Source of the DNA: an uncultured Nitrospiraceae bacterium
GTDB lineage: Bacteria; Nitrospirota; Nitrospiria; Nitrospirales; Nitrospiraceae
DNA length: 64,000 bases
Assembly: GCA_963730935.1 (NCBI GenBank)
Contig: CAVSTP010000004.1
Span: forward strand, 160,001-224,000
Reading direction: 5' to 3'
Below the pieces are notes generated by a model that was not told the origin of the DNA, made no database searches, and was given only the letters and a program-made list of their open reading frames with translations. Shown piece after piece: positions 57,310 to 64,000 of this stretch (positions are counted from its first letter, which is position 1; each line of letters begins with the position of its first letter). Made by a program: the position numbers and the translations under genes.

Positions 57310-57555
57310 TCACGGCGGAGGTGGCGGTGATGGGGAAGGAGGCTGCGTCGGACCCGGACCAGGGAATGGCGTTGTCGGAGGAATCGGCGCCGGGGGCGGC
57401 GGACCCGGCTGCGGATTCGGAAACGTCGGGCCGGGGCTCGGGTTCGGCGGATCGTTAGCAACAACCGGTACCACCCAGGCCACTGCCAGGCTTCCCCCCA
57501 AAATGCCTGCGATCAACAGCACCGAAGCGCGCACCATAAGGGTCTTCTCGTTCAC
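57310..57555 (-). CDS. Small exported proline-rich peptide
   Basis: Signal-like N-terminus, 26 Pro in the last 47 residues; GTGA overlap with the CBS gene stop. Confidence 0.55.
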   Translation of the reverse strand: MNEKTLMVRASVLLIAGILGGSLAVAWVVPVVANDPPNPSPGPTFPNPQPGPPPPAPIPPTTPFPGPGPTQPPSPSPPPPP

Positions 57556-58028
57556 GCCGCCCGACCGAACCCGTCTCCGTGATCCGTTGTGTCTCCTCGC
57601 CTCGGGCGCGAGGGCTGCGAGACGTTCTCGAGCACCTTTCCGGTCATTTGGTGGTCCTGGGTGTTGACCGCAATGTCTCCCACGGACACGATACCGACCA
57701 ATTTGCGGTTCTTGTCCAAGACCGGCAACCGTCGGATCTGCTGGCCTGCCATCACGGCAGCCGCATGCTCCACGTCGTCATCGTCGAAGCAGTAGACGAC
57801 CGACGGCGTCATGGCCTCTCCGACGAGCATCGCCTTCGGGTCGCGCGTGACAGCCAAAACCCGCACGACCAAGTCCCTATCAGTCAATACTCCCACCAGG
57901 CCCTCTTCATCGCACACTGGGAGGACCCCTATGTCGAGCGTTTTCATGAGTGCGGCGGCATCTTCGGTCGTTGCATCCGGTGAGATGACTTCAGCCTGCG
58001 GGGTCATCACGTCCTTGATTCGAAGCAT
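57552..58028 (-). CDS. CBS domain pair protein
   Basis: KDVMT, GVLTDRDLVVR, QIRRLPV, GIVSVGDIA; AAGGAGG RBS. Confidence 0.9.
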   Translation of the reverse strand: MLRIKDVMTPQAEVISPDATTEDAAALMKTLDIGVLPVCDEEGLVGVLTDRDLVVRVLAVTRDPKAMLVGEAMTPSVVYCFDDDDVEHAAAVMAGQQIRRLPVLDKNRKLVGIVSVGDIAVNTQDHQMTGKVLENVSQPSRPRRGDTTDHGDGFGRAA

Positions 58029-58050
58029 TGTAGCTCCCTCCTTGTTCAGG

Positions 58051-58389
58051 TCAGGCCATCGCTGCCGCCATGTCCCGGCAGGCAGCGGCACAACGCCGGC
58101 ATTCGACGGCACAGTCGCCGCAAAGCGGGTGGTGCGGCGAGTGCTGCTCGCAGACGCTGGCGCACCGGTCGCAGATCTCTGCACAGGTGCGGCAGAGCAG
58201 CTCCGTGGAAGGAGACAGCCGGTTCATCCAGCGGGTCGAGAGCGCGCAGAGATCGGCGCAATCAACACAGAGTCTGATACAGAGGTCTTGAAGCCCCTTA
58301 TGGCTGCCCCCTTCCATGCCGATCATGTCGTCGGCGCAGCGGTCGCAAATTTGCGCGCATGCAGCACAAGCCTCAAGACAATGCTGCAT
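58051..58389 (-). CDS. Cys-rich four-helix-bundle Cu-binding protein (DUF326/Csp3-like)
   Basis: Repeated CxxxCxxC motifs; start ambiguous (see findings). Confidence 0.82.
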   Translation of the reverse strand: MQHCLEACAACAQICDRCADDMIGMEGGSHKGLQDLCIRLCVDCADLCALSTRWMNRLSPSTELLCRTCAEICDRCASVCEQHSPHHPLCGDCAVECRRCAAACRDMAAAMA

Positions 58390-58473
58390 GTGCGGGGTTA
58401 GGTATTTGATCGTGGTGATGCATAACGCTCCCTTTGCGGTGATCCCCTGAAGTAAGGAGAATAGTTAACAGCA

Positions 58474-58489
58474 CGCAAAAGGTAGACCA
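58474..58489 (-). promoter_or_regulatory. sigma54 promoter (Cu-binding/CBS)
   Basis: TGGTCTACCTTTTGCG on the minus strand. Confidence 0.7.
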
Positions 58490-58571
58490 CGAAACCCTCG
58501 ACTCTCGAACGCGCTCACAAAGAAAACGATGGAATCGTGTGGGCCTATTCCCCCGAGGAGCTCGACGGTGC

Positions 58572-58603
58572 CCGCAAGTTGTCTTGGGAAAGACAAGCTG
58601 TCC
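58572..58603. promoter_or_regulatory. Tandem enhancer-like palindromes
   Basis: CCGCAAGTTGTCT (half site) and AGACAAGCTGTCC, centres 19 bp apart. Confidence 0.6.
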
Positions 58604-58630
58604 CGTACAGACACTCTGTGTGTTCGAAAG

Positions 58631-58885
58631 CTATTTCTTGAACACCATTCGCGGCGCCGTTAGATCGCCCATGCTGAACACGATGAGTTCCCACCCTGCG
58701 GCGCCGTATTCATTGAGCGTCGTCTGCATCGCGGTGTTGTCGGTCGGCACGTCGACAACCTTATAGACGTATCTCTTCGCCTCTTGGCCCTCTGCGACGG
58801 GCTGGCGCCAGACGGATATGGATGACAGCACAAGCGCCAAGACGAAGATGGCACCACTCAAGAAGCGGATTGCCATCGCATCCAT
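58631..58885 (-). CDS. Small DUF4177-like protein
   Basis: N-terminal TM, YVYKVV...LNEYGAAGWELI...FKK; AAGGAGG RBS. Confidence 0.7.
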   Translation of the reverse strand: MDAMAIRFLSGAIFVLALVLSSISVWRQPVAEGQEAKRYVYKVVDVPTDNTAMQTTLNEYGAAGWELIVFSMGDLTAPRMVFKK

Positions 58886-58929
58886 AGGACACCTCCTTAA
58901 TTTGATGGACTGTCAGCAGACCAGCGGAA

Positions 58930-59958
58930 TCATCCGCCGGGAAGGACCCGGCCTTTGAAGATCCGATAGAGATAGTAGAGCAGCGGGAACAACACGAGGG
59001 ATCCGATTACGAGGCTGACGAGCAATAGGCGCAATGTCGGCGGGGGGGCTGCATGGGCAATGGTCAGATGAGGTTCCACGAGAAACGGATACTGGGACAA
59101 CGCCCAGCCCCAGAACATGACCACCGCACCTCCGATCGCGCATCCTCTGGCCGCCCGGCCACGCAAGTGCCACAGGGCGGGCAGCGCGGCGAGATGAAAG
59201 GCGATGGCGAGTAAGATCGCCATGAGACCGGGGGTTGTGTGACGAAGTCCCGCGTAAATTTCCGGTGCTCCGTCTCGGGCTTGCCACAGGACCACGCCTC
59301 CGGCCAACAGGACCGCCACGCATGACGCGACGGCCCGGCGTGCAAACCGCTTGCGGAGGTCGAGTTCCCGCGCTTCGACGAGTAGGTAGGTGGCGGCCAA
59401 GTATGCGACCAGCACGACGGTCAGGAATCCCACGCTCAACGGAAAGGGCGCCAGCCAGGGAGCAACGAACCGTTGCATGAAGGAGCCCGGCGAGGAGACC
59501 GCCGTCAGTCGGCCGGACGCCACCGCGCCCAAGCTTATGCCCAACAATGCCGGGGTGATCATGCTGGACCCCGCAAACAGATAGCGCCATATGTCGAGAG
59601 TTCCACTGCTTCCATCGGCCTGAGACGTAATGTCATGGGTCCGCACGGCGAAGGCGGTGCCGCGAAGCACGATACCGAGGAGCATGAGCGTGAGCGGAAT
59701 GTGCAGGGCGGTTGTGATCAAGGCGAATGCGGTAGGGAATGCAGTAAACAGGATAGTGACCGCGATGATCAGCCACACATGATTGGCTTCCCAGATCGGA
59801 CCGATCGCTTGATCGATCAATGCCCTTTGCTTCTGGCCGCTCTTGCCGAGCGCGAAGAGACTCCAGATCCCGGCACCGAAATCAGCTCCGCCGGTCAACA
59901 GGTAACAGGTCAGCGCCCCGACCAGCGAGGCGCCCAGCACTAACTCGAGTGCGCCCAT
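58930..59958 (-). CDS. cydB: Cytochrome bd oxidase subunit II
   Basis: GGADFGAG, GPIWEANHVWL, multiple TM segments. Confidence 0.9.
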   Translation of the reverse strand: MGALELVLGASLVGALTCYLLTGGADFGAGIWSLFALGKSGQKQRALIDQAIGPIWEANHVWLIIAVTILFTAFPTAFALITTALHIPLTLMLLGIVLRGTAFAVRTHDITSQADGSSGTLDIWRYLFAGSSMITPALLGISLGAVASGRLTAVSSPGSFMQRFVAPWLAPFPLSVGFLTVVLVAYLAATYLLVEARELDLRKRFARRAVASCVAVLLAGGVVLWQARDGAPEIYAGLRHTTPGLMAILLAIAFHLAALPALWHLRGRAARGCAIGGAVVMFWGWALSQYPFLVEPHLTIAHAAPPPTLRLLLVSLVIGSLVLFPLLYYLYRIFKGRVLPGG

Positions 59959-60022
59959 GAGGACTCGATTCTACCGGCTTGGATTGCCCCTCCGGAGTCT
60001 GGCAAGCTGGCCGGCCCGATCG

Positions 60023-61351
60023 TCATGCTTCCGTGAGCACGGTCCGCACGACCGTGTTCGATGAGACCGCGGCAATGTGCCGCCACATGGCCCAGCACAC
60101 CACACCGGCAAGCACGAGATACAGAAACGTGAACGTTGCCATCGGAATCCACAAGCCGGGCATCGGAGTGACGGCTTCCGATGTGCGCATGAGGTGGTCA
60201 ATGATCCATGGTTGCCGGCCGACTTCCGTGACGACCCAGCCAGCTTCGATCGCAATGAAGCCCAAGGGCGCCGTCGCGATCAAGGCATAAAGGAGCTTCC
60301 GGTCCTGTTCGATCTGTCCGGTCCAAAACGCTCGCCATCCGCTCCACAGCGCCATCGCCGCCATCAGCATTCCGCAGGCTACCATCAACTGAAACGCGAT
60401 ATGCACCACAGCCACCGGCGGCCAGTCTTCGGGCGGATAGCGGTCCAAACCGGTGACTGCTGCGTGTGTGTTCCCATGCAACAGTAGGCCGAGGCCGTAA
60501 GGGATCCGTATCGCATAGGAGACTCTGCCGGTCGCGACGTCCGCAAGGCCACCGAGGACAAAATCGGGTCCTGCCTCCGTGGTAAACAGCGCTTCCATGG
60601 CAGCGAGCTTGGCCGGCTGGTGGACGGCCACCGCCCGGGCGATCAGGTCCCCGCTCAACGGCTGCAAGAGCGCCGCAATTCCGCCGACTGTTAACGCGAT
60701 AGTCAAGGCGAGCCGATGAAATCGGCTGTGCGGATCTTGCAGGAGCAGCCAGGCATGAATTCCTGCGACAAGAAACCCGGTGGCGGCGAAGGCGGCCAAT
60801 AGCATATGGACGGTTTCGTGCCAAGCTGGCGGATGCCACATCGGTGCCAAAATATCGATCTGAGAGGATGGTGCCCCTTCAGGTGCCAAGCCGGTCGGTC
60901 CGTTCATCCAAGCATTGACGGTGATCACGAAGAACGCCGACGCCACGCCGCTCGCCGCGACGACCAGTCCCGATACGAAATGCGCCCGAGCGGAAATCCG
61001 CGACCAGCCATACAGATAGATGCCCAGGAAAATGGCTTCCGTAAAAAATGCAAAACCTTCGAGCGCAAACAGCGGGCCGATGTGGGGACCGGCCCGTTCC
61101 ATGAACTTGGGCCAGAGGAGGCCCAATTCGAACGACAGCACCGTGCCCGAGACGGCGCCTACCGCAAACAGGATGGCCGTTCCCTTAGACCAACGTTGAG
61201 CCAAATTGAGGGCTTCACGGTCTCCCTTCGTCAGCCAGCGCCATTCTGCGGCGGCCATGAGTAACGGCATCGCGATACCGATGGCCGCGAAGACAATGTG
61301 AAAGCCCAGGGACATCGCCATCTGGGTTCGCGCCGCGAGCAGATCGGTCAT
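60023..61351 (-). CDS. cydA: Cytochrome bd oxidase subunit I (short Q-loop)
   Basis: GFHIVF, EGFAFFTE, HMLLA, QPAKLAAME, FQLMV, TEVGRQPW. Confidence 0.92.
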   Translation of the reverse strand: MTDLLAARTQMAMSLGFHIVFAAIGIAMPLLMAAAEWRWLTKGDREALNLAQRWSKGTAILFAVGAVSGTVLSFELGLLWPKFMERAGPHIGPLFALEGFAFFTEAIFLGIYLYGWSRISARAHFVSGLVVAASGVASAFFVITVNAWMNGPTGLAPEGAPSSQIDILAPMWHPPAWHETVHMLLAAFAATGFLVAGIHAWLLLQDPHSRFHRLALTIALTVGGIAALLQPLSGDLIARAVAVHQPAKLAAMEALFTTEAGPDFVLGGLADVATGRVSYAIRIPYGLGLLLHGNTHAAVTGLDRYPPEDWPPVAVVHIAFQLMVACGMLMAAMALWSGWRAFWTGQIEQDRKLLYALIATAPLGFIAIEAGWVVTEVGRQPWIIDHLMRTSEAVTPMPGLWIPMATFTFLYLVLAGVVCWAMWRHIAAVSSNTVVRTVLTEA

Positions 61352-62430
61352 CGGGTCACAGGCACGTCAAATGATCCCGCCGACAGGGCGGAAGCGGATC
61401 GGGGCCTGAACCGTGGAGCGCCATTGGACCTCGAACGAGCCTGCCACCACCAGGCCGCCAGTCCCATCCCGGCCAACGCCAGCCACCCGCGATGCTGATT
61501 CATCCAGGCTTGCACGCTGTGGTCGAGCGCTCCATTGCTGAATTCGCCGCGGGCGCCGTAATCACCGGGCAAGGGGGAATAGAGATTGTCCGGGCGCCCC
61601 GGTTGCACCGGTTCCTGTGTTTGTTGCGATTCGTACCCGATATAGGCGAGGTAATAGTCGAGCCAACCGGGGATGAATTTGTCTCCGATGATGGCCTGGA
61701 CGGTCGGGTAGCCGACAGCCAAATCCCGGCGACGGTGATGTGCCGCCCAATAGACGGCCCGCGCAATAACCTCAGGCTGGTAAATGGGAGGAACCGGCTG
61801 CGGGTGTCGCGGCATACGCGTCCTGATCCAGGAGAACTGCGGGGTGTTCACCGCCGGCAACTGCACGCTCGTGAGGTGAACGCGGCTGCCGTCGTGGATG
61901 AGTTCGGACCGAAGCGATTCCGTAAAGCCTTGCACCGCGTGCTTGGCGGCGCAGTAGGCCGACTGCAACGGAATCGAGCGGTAGGAAAGTGCCGAGCCGA
62001 TCTGGACCACGACACCACGATCACGCGGGACCATGCGCCGAAGCGCTGCCAGCGTGCCATATACATAGCCGAGATAGGTGACGTCTGTCACGCGGCGATA
62101 TTCGTCGGCGGTCATGTGAAGGGCAGGCGAGAGGACCGAGACCATCGCATTGTTGATCCAGATATCGATGGGCCCCAATTCCTGTTCAATGCGTTCTGCC
62201 GCTTGTTCCATTTCCCGGTCATTGGAAACGTCCATTTGGATGGCAAGTGCGCGGCCGCCCAGGCGTTCCGAATCGTGCCGGGCGCCTGCCAATCCGTCAC
62301 GACTCCTCGCGAGCAGACCCAAGGAGGCTCCGTGTCTGGCGAACTCGCGCACGATAGCCCGTCCGACGCCGGCGGACGCGCCGGTTACGACGACGACTTC
62401 CGAATGTCTTGCTCGTGATCCTCTCATCAT
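61348..62430 (-). CDS. SDR oxidoreductase with C-terminal TM
   Basis: TGASAGVG, WINNAM, YCAAKH, PAVNTPQF; ATGA overlap with cydA. Confidence 0.88.
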   Translation of the reverse strand: MMRGSRARHSEVVVVTGASAGVGRAIVREFARHGASLGLLARSRDGLAGARHDSERLGGRALAIQMDVSNDREMEQAAERIEQELGPIDIWINNAMVSVLSPALHMTADEYRRVTDVTYLGYVYGTLAALRRMVPRDRGVVVQIGSALSYRSIPLQSAYCAAKHAVQGFTESLRSELIHDGSRVHLTSVQLPAVNTPQFSWIRTRMPRHPQPVPPIYQPEVIARAVYWAAHHRRRDLAVGYPTVQAIIGDKFIPGWLDYYLAYIGYESQQTQEPVQPGRPDNLYSPLPGDYGARGEFSNGALDHSVQAWMNQHRGWLALAGMGLAAWWWQARSRSNGAPRFRPRSASALSAGSFDVPVTR

Positions 62431-62648
62431 TTTGCCGCTCCCAAGCTGGTGTATGGCTGGTGACTGACGCTGACCCATTTGGAAAGAGTCAGCAGGCAGG
62501 CAAAAAGCCACCCGCAAGGCATGTAGTTACGGCGGGTTGAAAGACGCCAAACGCCTCGAAGGAGGAATGGTGGCCCAGCGTTTTCTTCCAATGGCTTCCA
62601 GGCACCCTTCCGCGTGTTACACGTCAGCCTGTCAGCCATAAAGGAGGG

Positions 62649-62664
62649 TGCAAGCAGGGTGCCG
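62649..62664 (-). promoter_or_regulatory. sigma54 promoter (SDR-cydAB)
   Basis: CGGCACCCTGCTTGCA on the minus strand. Confidence 0.75.
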
Positions 62665-62724
62665 ACAGGATGCGACCCGCGCCATCTCTCCTCATCATTC
62701 GTCAGATGAGCTCACTCATGGGTT

Positions 62725-62757
62725 GGACCTTCTGTCCACCGCCCAGACAAATTGTCT
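62725..62757. promoter_or_regulatory. Tandem enhancer-like palindromes
   Basis: GGACCTTCTGTCC and AGACAAATTGTCT, centres 20 bp apart. Confidence 0.7.
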
Positions 62758-62811
62758 GGCCATTGTGTAATCGAATCGCCCAAAGGCTGGGGAAACCCCG
62801 CATCTTCGAAA

Positions 62812-62827
62812 CGGCCCACGATTTGCA
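62812..62827 (+). promoter_or_regulatory. sigma54 promoter (divergent from the cyd operon)
   Basis: CGGCCCACGATTTGCA. Confidence 0.7.
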
Positions 62828-62898
62828 CCACGGTCCAGATGAGACCGACAACCCTATTGAGGTGGCCCTCACCTAGCAGCACGTTCCGAGGCGCGGTG

Positions 62899-63093
62899 AT
62901 GAGCCAGTTGCTGCGTCAAATTGGCGTCGTGGTCGGGCTAACGGTCATTCTGACGTTTCCGGTGACCGTGGTATCCGGAGCCGGGTCCCAGAAACAACCC
63001 GATCATATAGCCCGTGTAGTGGTAGTGACCGGCGGGAAGGGGCAGGTGCATGGAGCGGTGGTCATGGCCAGAGCCGGCACCGAGAAGTTTTAG
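62899..63093 (+). CDS. Small hypothetical exported protein
   Basis: Hydrophobic N-terminus; lies downstream of the sigma54 site at 62812. Confidence 0.4.
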   Translation: MSQLLRQIGVVVGLTVILTFPVTVVSGAGSQKQPDHIARVVVVTGGKGQVHGAVVMARAGTEKF

Positions 63094-63310
63094 CCGGCAT
63101 GAGTCCCGCCAATGAGGACGAGTAGTCTAGACGAGAGGGTGACGTATGCAACCCAGTATTGAGAAGCCATCACACGACGGAACGGCAGAGTCGGGATTAT
63201 CTTCTGCTCGGCACCTTGCCGGCTCACCGCCGTCGTTGAAGGAGTGCATGAGCCAGATGGCAAGTGAATGGATCCAACGGCGGTTTTCTACTAATAACAG
63301 GAGGGCTTTC

Positions 63311-64000
63311 ATGAAGACTACAATGTTGACGATGATGATTTTGGCCTTGTTGACCTGTTTCTTGACGACCGGTCCGGTTCCTGTCATGGCAGAGCCGACG
63401 GAATCCACCACCATGGGTGCAGGGGGCGGAGGCGGGATGCCGTCGCCCGAGAAAATTCCGCACGACAAACAAACCGATCTCACCCCCGGGCAGGCCGGCG
63501 TTCCTGAGGAATATGCGACGACGCCGGTTCGTCAAGGCAAGCTCAAGGAAGTCACAGACAGCAAATGGTTGAATCAGCCGGTGGCGAACCCGCAAGGCGA
63601 AAAGCTCGGAAAGATCACGAAGGTGCTGAAGGACGAAAAGACACAGAGCATCGAGTATGTGATGTTCCAGTTGAATGATGCTCAAGCGGCCCGTCCTCTG
63701 CCCTGGAGCAAGTTCCAGGAGAAGGGCGACAAGCTGGTGCTGAATGCGACCAAGGAAGAGCTGGCTACCAGTGTGAGTTCAAAGGATTCGAAAGACATGT
63801 CTCCAGATCTGGCGATGTTCATGGATGAGATCGAGCAGAAGCGAAATGAGCCGAAGGCTGCAGGGGGCGGTAATGAGGCGAAGGCAGGTGATCCTGGCTC
63901 GCTGTCGGGCGCCGCTACCATGGGTGAAGACGCGACTGGGACGCATCGGTCGGCCCCTGCGACACCGGCACCCAGCTTTAAGCACGAAGGCGAAAAAGCC
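63311..64000 (+). CDS. Exported PRC-barrel domain protein (runs off the window end; absent from the ORF track)
   Basis: AGGAGG RBS; MKTTMLTMMILALL signal; WLNQPVANPQGEKLGKITKVL...PLPWSKF...LVLNATKEEL; no stop to 64000. Confidence 0.8.
   Translation, partial: MKTTMLTMMILALLTCFLTTGPVPVMAEPTESTTMGAGGGGGMPSPEKIPHDKQTDLTPGQAGVPEEYATTPVRQGKLKEVTDSKWLNQPVANPQGEKLGKITKVLKDEKTQSIEYVMFQLNDAQAARPLPWSKFQEKGDKLVLNATKEELATSVSSKDSKDMSPDLAMFMDEIEQKRNEPKAAGGGNEAKAGDPGSLSGAATMGEDATGTHRSAPATPAPSFKHEGEKA

Noticed and set aside
1..64000. Long antisense or alternate-frame ORFs in the track (e.g. 4966-6114, 16963-18414, 18829-19905, 21029-22222, 54907-56010)
   Set aside because: They overlap well-supported genes and lack motifs; expected shadows in GC-rich DNA.

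Overview
GC-rich bacterial window (gene content resembles Nitrospira; this is an inference) made up mostly of a large general-stress/desiccation gene cluster. It contains a stressosome (rsbR-rsbS-rsbT plus an RsbX-like phosphatase) flanked by three hybrid histidine kinases, with no sigmaB or partner-switch genes in view. It also holds glycogen/trehalose enzymes (treZ, two amylo-alpha-1,6-glucosidases, GH15), a PoxB-like pyruvate oxidase, cfa, ligD, two Slp lipoproteins, YtxH, a metallophosphoesterase/nucleotidyltransferase pair, two hemerythrin-domain proteins, a DksA/TraR protein, two SDRs, PLD-VTT plus EEP, CBS and Cys-rich Cu-binding proteins, and cytochrome bd. About 28.5-43.1 kb is a decaying accessory tract: a truncated polysaccharide operon, two response regulators, an intact czcCBA-type RND system with a leader ORF, and five gene remnants. 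The main signal not explained by the ORFs is regulatory. Eight intergenic sigma54 (-24/-12) promoters in six intergenic regions each lie about 60-115 bp from a tandem pair of the same palindrome (RGAC-N5-GTCY, centres 19-21 bp apart). This suggests a general stress regulon run by sigma54 and a single enhancer-binding protein that is not encoded in this window. No tRNA, rRNA, CRISPR array or transposase was recognised. Family assignments come from motif recognition by eye, not from database searches.
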